From: Candidatus Aminicenantes bacterium
GTDB taxonomy: Bacteria; Acidobacteriota; Aminicenantia; Aminicenantales; UBA4085
Assembly (NCBI GenBank): GCA_963729855.1
Contig: CAVSPT010000006.1
Coordinates: 1,344,770 to 1,408,769, forward strand
DNA: 64,000 bases
Reading direction: 5' to 3'
The number at the start of each line of letters is the position of its first letter. Positions within the stretch are counted from its first letter, which is position 1. The position numbers and the translations under genes were made by a program. The notes beneath the pieces were generated by a model. It was given only the letters and a program-made list of their open reading frames with translations. It ran no database searches and was not told the DNA's origin. Below are positions 38,943-48,016 of the stretch, in pieces.

Positions 38943-38998
38943 GGCCTGGGCCGCCCTCAGGGTACATTTTTTCCCTGAAAAAAGCTACAATGGCCCCC

Positions 38999-40888
38999 AT
39001 GTGCGGCATCTGCGGGATCTACGGCGCTGCGGGCCTGCCCGAGGACGCCCAGGCCCTGACCCGGGCCATGTGCGACGTCATCATCCACCGGGGTCCGGAC
39101 GAGGACGGCTATTACGCGGACGGCCCCGTCTCGCTGGGCATGCGCCGCCTGAGCATCATCGACCTGGCCACCGGCCGCCAGCCGATTCACAACGAAGACA
39201 AGACGATTTGGGTCGTCTACAACGGCGAAATTTTCAATTTCCCGGCCCTCAAACCCGAATTGCTGGCCCAAGGCCATCGTTTCTACACCAACGCCGATAC
39301 GGAAGTCATCGTCCATCTTTACGAGGAATACGGCGAGGACTTCGTCACGCGCCTGAACGGCATGTTCGCCGTCGCCCTGTGGGACACCAAGGCCAAAAAG
39401 CTCGTCCTGGCCCGCGACCGGCTGGGGATCAAGCCCCTCCATTACGCCTGGCGGGACGGTCGGCTCTACTTCGGCTCCGAGATCAAATCGCTTCTGCGGG
39501 CGGGCGTTCCGCGTGAAATCGACCTCGAATCGCTCTCCCAATTCTTCACCTTCGAATATATCCCCGCCCCCCGTTCGATTTTCATCGCGATCAAGAAGCT
39601 CCTCCCGGGCCATATCATGACCGTGCGGGACGGAAAATCCGAGATCCGCCGCTACTGGGACGTCCATTACGCCAAGACCAAGATCAAAGCCCGGCCGGAA
39701 GCGGAATACGCCGAGGAGATCGCCTCGCGCCTCCGCAAATCGGTGCGGATGCGCCTGTTGAGCGACGTGCCCTTGGGCGTCTTCCTGAGCGGGGGCATCG
39801 ATTCGAGCACGGTCACCGCCCTGATGAGCGAGACGGCCGGCGGCCGGATCAAGACCTTCAGCATCGGCTTCAAGGAAAAGACGTTCGACGAGCTGGACTA
39901 TGCCCGGATCGTGGCCGAGCGCTTCGGCACTGAGCACACCGAATTCGTGGTCGATGCCGCTCAGGCCGCCGGACTCGTGCCCACGCTCATGGAATACCTG
40001 GACGAGCCCCTGGCCGACGCCTCCGTCATCCCCACGTATGTCATTTCCAAACTGGCTCGGAAGCACGTCACCGTGGCCCTGGCCGGCGACGGCGGCGACG
40101 AGCTCTTCGGCGGATACGACACTTATAAAGCCTTCAAGATCGCCCGCCTGTATCGGAAAATCCCCGGATTTCTGCGCAAGGGCCTGATCGGCCCGGCCGT
40201 CCGCAGGATGCCCGCCTCGGAGAAGCGCCTGAGCTTCGAGTTCAAGGCCAAGAAATTCGTGGCCGGCGCCGAACATCCCTTCGAAATCGCCAACACCCTG
40301 TGGTGGGGCGCTTATTCGCCGGCCCAGAAGGCAAGGCTGTTTTCCCCCGCGTTACGGAGCCGCCTGTCCGACGATCCCTTCGCCCCCATCGCCGACCAAG
40401 CCGCCAACACTCAAGCGGCCGACCCGCTCGACCGGCTGGCCTATCTCGATCTCAAACTCTACTTGCAGGACGATCTCCTGGTTAAAGTCGACCGGATGAG
40501 CATGGCCAACTCGCTCGAGATCCGTGTCCCCTTCCTCGATTACACCTTCGTCGAATTCGCCGCCGGGGTGCCCAGCAGCCTCAAGCTCAAGGGCATGGCC
40601 TCCAAATATATCTTGAAAAAGGCCATGGAATCGCGCCTGCCCAAGGAGATCCTGACCAAGAAAAAAATCGGGTTCGATATCCCGCTGGGGCCGTGGATCC
40701 GGAAGGAGCTGCGGGCCTTCACCCTGGACACGCTGGCGCCGGATCGCCTGAAGAAGCACGGCTATTTCGACCCGGCCTTCGTCCAAAAAGTGCTGGACGA
40801 GCACATGGCCGGCTCGCACAACCACCGCCAGCTCCTCTGGCCGCTCATCATCTTCCAGTTCTGGCACGACCGTTACATCGGACGCTGA
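38999..40888 (+). CDS. asnB: Asparagine synthase (glutamine-hydrolysing)
   Basis: MCGICGIY (N-terminal nucleophile Cys2) and SGGIDSS (PP-loop). Confidence 0.9.
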   Translation: MCGICGIYGAAGLPEDAQALTRAMCDVIIHRGPDEDGYYADGPVSLGMRRLSIIDLATGRQPIHNEDKTIWVVYNGEIFNFPALKPELLAQGHRFYTNADTEVIVHLYEEYGEDFVTRLNGMFAVALWDTKAKKLVLARDRLGIKPLHYAWRDGRLYFGSEIKSLLRAGVPREIDLESLSQFFTFEYIPAPRSIFIAIKKLLPGHIMTVRDGKSEIRRYWDVHYAKTKIKARPEAEYAEEIASRLRKSVRMRLLSDVPLGVFLSGGIDSSTVTALMSETAGGRIKTFSIGFKEKTFDELDYARIVAERFGTEHTEFVVDAAQAAGLVPTLMEYLDEPLADASVIPTYVISKLARKHVTVALAGDGGDELFGGYDTYKAFKIARLYRKIPGFLRKGLIGPAVRRMPASEKRLSFEFKAKKFVAGAEHPFEIANTLWWGAYSPAQKARLFSPALRSRLSDDPFAPIADQAANTQAADPLDRLAYLDLKLYLQDDLLVKVDRMSMANSLEIRVPFLDYTFVEFAAGVPSSLKLKGMASKYILKKAMESRLPKEILTKKKIGFDIPLGPWIRKELRAFTLDTLAPDRLKKHGYFDPAFVQKVLDEHMAGSHNHRQLLWPLIIFQFWHDRYIGR

Positions 40889-40896
40889 GAACGGCG

Positions 40897-41541
40897 ATGG
40901 TGGATAAAAAAAGGCTCTACCCGATCTTCAAGGGCCAGGGGGCCTGGACGGCGTTCTACACCCGCACCAAGTTCAAGATCTGCCCGCTCCTTCCGATTGA
41001 GCCCCTCCTGCCGCGCGCGGGGCGGGTCCTGGATCTGGGCTGCGGCAACGGCCTCTTTGCCGCCATCCTCAAGCTGGGTTCGCCCGAGCGGACGATCACC
41101 GGCTTCGATCTGGACGAGAAGAAGATCGAATCGGCCCGGGCGGCCTTCAAGGGCCGGCCGGGCATGGATTTCTCGGTCGGCGACCTGGTCCAATCGGAAT
41201 ACCCGCCCGCGGACGTCATCACCATCATCGACGTCCTCTACCTCATTCCCTCCGATGCGAAGGAGACCATCCTCTGCAAGTGCCACGCCGCCCTCCCGAC
41301 GGGAGGCCTGCTGGCGGTCAAGGACATGGACACGCGGCCGCGCTGGAAGTACGCCTGGAACATGATCCAGGAGACCCTGGCGGTCAAGATCATCGGCTTC
41401 ACCCTGGGCAGCCGGTTCCACTTCCAGGGCCGCGAAAGATTTACCGCCCTTCTCGACCGCGTCGGCTTCGACGTCGAGGTCGTCCCCCAGCACAAAGGAT
41501 ACTGGTACCCGCACATCCTCTATCTGGCGAAAAAGAATTAA
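40897..41541 (+). CDS. Class I SAM-dependent methyltransferase
   Basis: VLDLGCGNGLFAAIL and LLAVKD. The start is ATG 40897 (MVDKKRLYP). Confidence 0.7.
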   Translation: MVDKKRLYPIFKGQGAWTAFYTRTKFKICPLLPIEPLLPRAGRVLDLGCGNGLFAAILKLGSPERTITGFDLDEKKIESARAAFKGRPGMDFSVGDLVQSEYPPADVITIIDVLYLIPSDAKETILCKCHAALPTGGLLAVKDMDTRPRWKYAWNMIQETLAVKIIGFTLGSRFHFQGRERFTALLDRVGFDVEVVPQHKGYWYPHILYLAKKN

Positions 41542-41544
41542 TGT

Positions 41545-41775
41545 CGGCGGGTCCTGCCTGCTCCGGCGCCCCGAATTCCGCTCGCTCCACCCATCCCCCA
41601 GTGGGGCCCTTCCGCGAGCGGAGTCCGGGTGCATCCGTCGCGTCACCCGCTGAGATTTTTAGCTCTGCATGCTCGAGTATTTCGCCGGAACGAATTAGCG
41701 ACTGAACAGGCTCGGGGCAAGCCGGGGAAAACCCGCGCGTTTTAGCCGGCTTGCCCCGAGCCTATTCAGTCGCGT
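41545..41775. repeat. Family-1 REP/MITE-like element with a near-perfect 76-bp palindrome (41698-41773: cgactgaacaggctcggggcaagccgg ... ccggcttgccccgagcctattcagtcg)
   Basis: Seen directly. It shares the 17-mer ccggcttgccccgagcc with 23557-23573, and ccgctcgc / cccatcccc motifs with 30.9 kb. Confidence 0.8.
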
Positions 41776-41810
41776 TGAAAAGCCCCGCGGTTGTGGCTTA
41801 CAATACGGCG

Positions 41811-42929
41811 ATGAAAATTTCGCTGCTTGTACGTCCGGACTGCGTCCATTTCAAGGGCGAAAAGCCCTGTAAATTCAAGCGGGTCTGCGACGGCTGCCCG
41901 CAGTTCAAGCCCTTCGGCCCGAAGATCCTGGTCATCAAGTGCCGGGCCCAAGGCGACGTCCTGCGCACGACGCCGATCCTGACCGGCCTGCGCCGCAAAT
42001 ACCCCGACGCCTTCATCACTTGGGTGGTGGACGAAGAAAGCCTGGAGCTTCTGCGCGACATCCCGCTCATCGACCGCCTGCTGCCCCTGAACGTAGAGAC
42101 GGCCCTGGCGCTGCAGGGACAGCGCTTCGACGCCGTCTATTCCCTGGACAAGGACCCCGGCTTGGTGGCCCTGGCCGGGCTGGTCTCCGCGCCCCGCAAG
42201 TTCGGCTTCGGCCTGAACGAGCACGGCAGCCTGACCGTCTTCACCCCGGCCGCGGATTATTCCATGCGCCTCGGGGTGGACGACGGGCTCAAGTTCAAAG
42301 TCAACCAAAAATCCTACCAGCGGATGATCTTCGAGGCCGTCGAGCTCGACTACCGGGACGACGATTACGTCTTCGTCCTGCCGGACTCGGCCCGGGCCAA
42401 GGCCGCCGCCTTCTTCAAGGCCAAGCGCGTCCCGAAAGACCGGCCGAACATCGGCCTGAACACGGGCGCCGGGGCCAAATTCACGACCAAGCAGTGGCCG
42501 GAGGCCCGTTTTCTGGCCCTCATCAAGCTCCTTAAACGCGAGCTCAAGCCCAATATCTTCCTCTTGGGCGGGAAGCGTGAGAAAGCTCTCAATCGCCGCC
42601 TGGCCGCGCGCGCAGCGATACCCGTCTTCGACACGGGCACGGACAATTCGCTGCTCGAGTTCGCCGGCTTCCTGGAGAAGATGGACGCGGTCGTCTGCTC
42701 GGACACGCTGGCCATGCACATCGCCCTGGCCTTGAAAAGAAAGACCGTCGTGCTGTTCGGACCGACCTGCCCCCAGGAGATCGAGACCTACGGCCGCGGC
42801 GTCAAGCTTTTTGCCGGGGCCGATTGCTCCCCCTGCTACAAGCAGACCTGCCCCGACCCCGTCTGCATGGAATCGATCACCCCGGTCCAGGTGCTGGCGG
42901 CCATGCGCGGCCTGCTGGGAACGAAATGA
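41811..42929 (+). CDS. Glycosyltransferase family 9 (LPS heptosyltransferase, RfaF/WaaC-like)
   Basis: MKISLLVRPDCV...ILVIKCRAQGDVLRTTPIL and a C-terminal GT-B domain. The track start at 41751 lies inside the palindrome. Confidence 0.75.
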   Translation: MKISLLVRPDCVHFKGEKPCKFKRVCDGCPQFKPFGPKILVIKCRAQGDVLRTTPILTGLRRKYPDAFITWVVDEESLELLRDIPLIDRLLPLNVETALALQGQRFDAVYSLDKDPGLVALAGLVSAPRKFGFGLNEHGSLTVFTPAADYSMRLGVDDGLKFKVNQKSYQRMIFEAVELDYRDDDYVFVLPDSARAKAAAFFKAKRVPKDRPNIGLNTGAGAKFTTKQWPEARFLALIKLLKRELKPNIFLLGGKREKALNRRLAARAAIPVFDTGTDNSLLEFAGFLEKMDAVVCSDTLAMHIALALKRKTVVLFGPTCPQEIETYGRGVKLFAGADCSPCYKQTCPDPVCMESITPVQVLAAMRGLLGTK

Positions 42930-43678
42930 CCGAAAGCCGCCGCCCGCGTGTCGTGGCCATGGTGCCCACGTACAACGAGCGGGAGAACATCGGCGACCTG
43001 ATCCAGGCCATCCTGGCCCTGCCGCTGCCCGATCACGACATCCACGTCCTGGTGGCCGACGACAACTCCCCCGACGGCACGGGCGCCTATGTCGAGGAAT
43101 TATCCAGGACCGATCCGCGCGTCCACGCTTTGATCCGCATGAAACGGCGCGGCCGCGGCTCGGGCGGAATCGACGGCTTCAAGGCCGCGCTGGCCCTGGA
43201 CGCCGATTTCGTGGTCGAGATGGACGGCGACTTTTCCCATCAGCCCAAGTTCATCCCCGCTCTCGTCGCAGCGGCGGACCGCCGCGATCTTGTTGTCGGC
43301 TCGCGGTTCGTCAAAGGAGGACGGGACGCCGACCGCGGCCTGCACCGCCGGATCATCACCTTCTTCGTCCGGGCCTTCATCCGCCGCCTGTATCGGATCG
43401 ACGTCAAGGACGTGTCGTCCGGTTTCCGCTGTTTCCGGCGCTCGGTGCTGGAGGCCGTCGACCTCGACGATTTGATCTCCGTAGGCCAGTCCGTCGTTTT
43501 GGAGATCCTTCGCAAGGTCCAGCTTCTGGGCTTTTCCATCGCAGAAATTCCCATCGTCTTCATCGACCGAACCAGGGGCCAAACCAAGCTCGATTTCCTA
43601 GCCCTGCTGGAAACCCTGCTCATGGCCGTCAAGTTCAAGAGGCGCTACACTCCCGCCACCGTCAAACCCCTTCGATGA
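42926..43678 (+). CDS. GT2 glycosyltransferase, polyprenol-phosphate mannose/glucose synthase-like (soluble type)
   Basis: VVAMVPTYNERENI...LVADDNSPDGT...DGDFSHQP. The ATG overlaps the upstream stop (ATGA). Confidence 0.75.
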   Translation: MTESRRPRVVAMVPTYNERENIGDLIQAILALPLPDHDIHVLVADDNSPDGTGAYVEELSRTDPRVHALIRMKRRGRGSGGIDGFKAALALDADFVVEMDGDFSHQPKFIPALVAAADRRDLVVGSRFVKGGRDADRGLHRRIITFFVRAFIRRLYRIDVKDVSSGFRCFRRSVLEAVDLDDLISVGQSVVLEILRKVQLLGFSIAEIPIVFIDRTRGQTKLDFLALLETLLMAVKFKRRYTPATVKPLR

Positions 43679-44480
43679 AAAAATCGCGCCGGCACGCCCT
43701 CGGCCAGCACTTCCTGCGCGATCCGAACATCCTGAACAAGATCGCCGCCGCCGTCCAGGCCGCGCCGGGAGAGGCAGTGCTGGAAATCGGCGCCGGGAAA
43801 GGACCGCTGACCCTTGCCTTAGCAAGGGCTGGCGCCCGGGTCGTCGCCGTGGAAATCGACGCGGCTTTGGCGGCGGACATGAAAGCCCAAAAAATGGAGG
43901 GCGTCACGATCGTCGAAGGCGACGTTCTCGATCTCGACTGGCCGGCCCTGATGAAAGAAAACCGCGCCTCGGACGATCCGTTCGCCGTGGCCGGCAATCT
44001 TCCCTACTCGATCTCTTCGCCGATCTTGTTCCGCGTCCTCGATCTCAAGGACGCGATCTCCCGGGCCGTTTTTCTTATCCAGCGGGAAGTGGCCGAGCGC
44101 ATCACCGCCGGCCCGGGATCCAAAGACTACGCTCCCTTGGGAATCCTGCTCCAGATCCATTTCGAGACGAAGATCCTGTTCCGCCTGCATCCCGGCTCGT
44201 TCTCCCCCCGCCCAAAGTCGAATCGGCGGTCCTCTCGCTTACGAAGCGCGGGCGTCCGCTCGTCGCCGTCGAAGACGAAGCCGGGTTCCGGATATTTCTC
44301 TTCGCCGCCTTCGCCCAGCGCCGCAAGACGCTGTCCAACAACCTGGCCGCCGCCGGCTATCCCGTCGAGGAAATCGCCCGCATTCTCTCCGGCTTAAACC
44401 TAGCAAAAACAGTCCGAGCCGAGCAGATCGAAATCCCCCTCTGGGCAAAAATAAAGGATGCTTTTCGCGTTAGCGATTAA
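43675..44480 (+). CDS. rsmA: 16S rRNA (adenine1518/1519-N6)-dimethyltransferase RsmA/KsgA; reading frame interrupted by a 1-nt deficit in the C6 run at 44204-44209
   Basis: The N-terminus reads HALGQHFLRDPNILNKIA...VLEIGAGKGPLT...AGNLPYSISSPILF. After FSP the frame breaks. The next frame gives PPKVESAVLSLTKR...FAQRRKTLSNNLAAAG..., matching the KsgA C-terminus. Confidence 0.8.
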
Positions 44481-44484
44481 AATC

Positions 44485-44700
44485 GGGGCGGGCGCGCGAT
44501 CGTTTGGGGAAAAACCCGTGCGACGATGAGCGGGCATGGTCCAGCCCAGTAAAATCAATTTCGTTCCTCTCTCGGGCTGGGAGCGAAGAAGGAGCATCGG
44601 AGCGAGTTTTCCTCGCCGGGGAAAACGAGCGTGTTTTTCCCCAAATGTCGCAAGCCCGCCGACCTTTTTAAACGCCTCTTACGCAAATCCCGGTTTTTCG
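44485..44700. repeat. Family-1 REP/MITE-like element copy (reverse-complement matches to 23521-23555 and 30827-30850)
   Basis: aaacccgtgcgacgatgagcgggcatggtc is the reverse complement of gatcatgcccgcttagtcgtcgcacgggtttt at 23.5 kb. Confidence 0.7.
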
Positions 44701-44715
44701 CTACAATAGCGCCCC

Positions 44716-45693
44716 ATGACCCGATCGGCGTATTATAAGCGTTTATGGCAAATCTTCCGCGCCTACAAGGGCCGGAAGACCCGCCTCGATTACCTGCCCA
44801 TCCGCCTGTGGATCGAGCCCACCAGCATCTGCAACCTGCGCTGCGTCATGTGCCCCAACAAAGAACTGACCAAGGAGCAGAAGGGCTTCATGGATTTCGA
44901 GCTGTTCAAGAAGATCATCGACGAGGCCAAGGGCTTCGTTTCCGACGTCCACCTCCTGCATCGCGGGGAATCGCTCCTCCACCCCGATTTCTTCAAGATG
45001 GTCCGCTACGCCCACGACGCCGGGATCGTCACCCGCTTCCACACCAACGGCACTCTTCTGGACGAGGACAAGGCCCGCAAGCTCATTGAATCGGGACTGG
45101 ACCAATTCGCTTTCTCCTTCGACGGCCTGGACAAGGAGAGCTACGAAGCGATCCGGGTCAACGCCGATTTCGAGAAGACGCTGGCCAACATCATCCGCTT
45201 CCTGGAGATCAAGAAGGAGAGGGGCGCCCGTAAGCCGGCCGCTTTCATCGAGCTGATCTATTTCCCCGAGGTCTTCAAACGGCTGGGCAGGGGCGCCCTG
45301 AAGGCCTTCAAGGCCCGTTTCAAGGGCCTGCCTCTCGACCGGCTCCACATCAAGGAGCTCCACAACTGGGCCGGGGACGCAGGGGCCGCGCGCCGCTCCA
45401 AGGACTATTCCCCCTGCACCTTCCTCTGGCACGCCCTGATCATTTTCTGGGACGGCTCCGTCCTGCCCTGCACGCAGGACTTCTTCGGCTATTATACCCT
45501 GGGCAACGTCAAGGACGCCGCGATCCGCGAGATCTGGAACAACGACAAGATGATCGATCTGCGGAAAAAGATCCTGGCCCGCGACATCGACGGCCTGGAG
45601 ACGTGCTCGAAATGCGACCGGCTGTGGCGGCCCAAGATCCTGGGCATCCCGCGCCAGTTCCTGGGGCGGGCCCTGCGCAAAAGCATGAACTAG
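44716..45693 (+). CDS. Radical SAM protein with a C-terminal SPASM/twitch-like Cys cluster
   Basis: EPTSICNLRCVMCP (the CxxxCxxC motif). C-terminal cysteines lie in ...CTFLWH...LPCTQDFFG...CSKCD... Confidence 0.75.
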   Translation: MTRSAYYKRLWQIFRAYKGRKTRLDYLPIRLWIEPTSICNLRCVMCPNKELTKEQKGFMDFELFKKIIDEAKGFVSDVHLLHRGESLLHPDFFKMVRYAHDAGIVTRFHTNGTLLDEDKARKLIESGLDQFAFSFDGLDKESYEAIRVNADFEKTLANIIRFLEIKKERGARKPAAFIELIYFPEVFKRLGRGALKAFKARFKGLPLDRLHIKELHNWAGDAGAARRSKDYSPCTFLWHALIIFWDGSVLPCTQDFFGYYTLGNVKDAAIREIWNNDKMIDLRKKILARDIDGLETCSKCDRLWRPKILGIPRQFLGRALRKSMN

Positions 45694-45769
45694 CGCCAAT
45701 CGGCGAAGACGTCCCGAGCCCCGCTGGCGAAAAGCGGAATGATGCGCTTCGTCTCCACCTTGACCAAGT

Positions 45770-46646
45770 TCAGGGACCAGACACCTTCCGTCGGTAATGG
45801 GCCGTGCCCGAGCTGAAGACGATGTATTTGCCGTCGGGCGACCAGCCCGGAAAATAGTCCCAGGTTTCCGGCCGCTCGGTCAGGTTCTCCTTCCCGCTTC
45901 CGTCCGCGTTCATCAGCCAGATATCACCCTTGCCGTCCGCCGAAGCGGACACGAAGGCGATCTTGGCCCCGTCGGGCGAGAAATGGGGCCTGCAGGCCGC
46001 GCCTCCCTCGGTCAGCGGACGCGCTTCGCCCGTCGTCAAGTCGGCGAGGAAAACATCCCAGCCGGCCAGACGCTTCCCGGTGAATCCGAGCCGGCGGGCA
46101 TCCGGGGAGAATTCGGGCAGGGCGTTCGATTCGGCAAAGCGGGGTAGAAGCTTCTCCGTCCGGCCCGAAGCCAGGTCCAGGCTGTACATGACATAGGACC
46201 GGCCGAACATCCTCTTCCAGGATTCGGTGAAGGCGATCTTCTTCCCGTCGGGAAACCAGGCCTGTTCGCCGGCGTCGTTATCCGAATGGGTCGCCGAACC
46301 ACGTTTGTCCCATCCTCGTTCATGACGTAGATCTGGTAGCGGCCGCTTCGGTTGGAGGAAAAGGCGATCCGCCGCCCGTCGGGGGACCACTTGGGAAACT
46401 CGTCCGAGGCGGGTCGTTGGTCAGGTTGCGCAGGCCGTCGCGGGTCAGCAGGTAGATTTCGTTGTTGCCGTTGAGATCGGATTGGAAAAGGATGCGGCCG
46501 CGGAATTCGAACTTCGGTTTGAAGGCCGACAGGTCGGCCGGGACGGCGGGCTTCGGCGGCGGCGGGGCCTGCCGGCAGCCTTCCGTCGAAAGGAAGGCTG
46601 CCCCCTGAGGCCAGGATGGCGAGAAGTCCGAGAAATCGGAATTTCA
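45770..46646 (-). pseudogene. TolB-like / PD40 beta-propeller repeat protein with signal peptide; at least 3 frameshifts in this sequence
   Basis: [14 protein letters not shown] (at 46646), then pieces in three frames. These are ...[34 protein letters not shown] | [39 protein letters not shown] | ...[18 protein letters not shown]...FSPDGAKIAFVSASADGKGDIWLMNADGSG...WSPDGKYIVFSS. Track ORFs 45770..46390 and 46036..46743 overlap in different frames. Confidence 0.65.
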
Positions 46647-46751
46647 TGCCCCTTATTCTACTCCAATTGAAAGCTGAAAAAGGATATCCGGCCGGGACCC
46701 TTCCATTTGACAAATCCAGGTAATACCCATATGATTGATTCAAATTAACTT

Positions 46752-47250
46752 TCCTGCTGTTCGGCGTTTGTGCCGATTGAGCCGGCCTTTATGCTGGCAT
46801 TGCAGGAGGATGATGGGCTCTGGCTTGATGCATATCATAAAGGCGTTTTGCTTGCCGGTCCGACAACTGTTCTCTTCGTGGTCCGCATCGTTGAAAACCT
46901 ATCGGAGTCAGGAGCAGCAGGTTCGCAACGTCAAGGATGTGATGAAGCGCGGCACTGCGCTGTATGAGAAATTCGCCGGATTTGTCACGGATATCGAGGC
47001 CATCGGCACAAGTCTGCGCAGGGCCACCGAAAGCTATGAAGACGCGAAGAGCAAGCTCACGATCGGTCCCGGTAACCTGATTCGCCAGGTGGAGATGCTC
47101 AAGCGGCTCGGGATCAGGACGGGGAAGTCAGTGTCGCACAGCATGTTGGATGCGGCTGGCTGTCGAGGAGCCGGGGCTGACGCTGGCTGCCGGAGCAGAC
47201 GAGAACGGCGAAGCGGAGTAGGGTGCAATTTATTCATAGATTGTTAACCT
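46752..47250 (+). pseudogene. rmuC: 5'-truncated remnant of the DNA recombination protein RmuC (C-terminal ~165 aa only), internally frameshifted
   Basis: ...[45 protein letters not shown] | (shift) RSQEQQVRNVKDVMKRGTALYEKFAGFVTDIEAIGTSLRRATESYEDAKSKLTIGPGNLIRQVEMLKRLGIRTGKSV..., typical of the RmuC C-terminus. No RmuC N-terminal sequence lies upstream. Confidence 0.6.
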
Positions 47251-47332
47251 AACGCTGGTTTCGCCGAGCAGCTTTGCGGCGGGGCAGGACCTTAGTTATG
47301 CCTTGACAGAAATCGGCTTAAGCAGAGGTTCC

Positions 47333-47900
47333 CTAAGTCTTGCGCAAGCTCGCAGCCATGTTGCCGCGCACAGCCGGTCTCTCAGAAAGGCCAAAGCCAG
47401 CCGTGCGCGCCGCCTCCAACTCAGCCTCAAACCTCTCTGGCGTCACATGTCCGGTGGGTTCCACCAGCAGGAGCAAGCTTCCTGACCGGAGCGCAGCCGC
47501 CGCTTCAACAAAAAAAGCTTCCGCGGAGGGCACTTCATGCACCATGGCAAAGGCCAGCACGAAGTCTACAGATCCTTTAAGGTTATCGAGCTGCATGGAA
47601 TCCGGTTGCGCGAGTTTGGTCTCTATGCGGTCCTGCAATCCGGCCCTCAAAACCCGTTTTCGCAAAACTTCCAGCATCTTAGGCTGAATATCCACCGCGA
47701 TCACGCGCCCTGTTGGCCCGATCATCCTGGCCATAATCAAGGTGAAAAAGCCCATCCCGGTCCAGGCTCCAGCACCGTCATTCCTTCGCGGAGAAAAGGA
47801 GCAAGCATCTTCTCCGGACTCTGCATAAACCATCGCCGGATCGGACTCACAAACATATACCCCAACCACCACGGACACACACGTTCCGCCATCAGTATTC
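47333..47900 (-). pseudogene. Class I SAM-dependent methyltransferase, frameshifted near the N-terminus
   Basis: ...GMTVLEPGPG | (shift) MGFFTLIMARMIGPTGRVIAVDIQPKMLEVLRKRV...VDFVLAFAMVHEV...LLLLVEP. Confidence 0.55.
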
Positions 47901-48016
47901 CTTCCCAGTCAACATTTTGAAACAGCTCGACTCCTGGTAGATACTATACATCGCTATGTTTTGCGGTCCCAGTATAATGACGTTTCACGTAGATCAAAAT
48001 TGCAGTCGACAATTAC

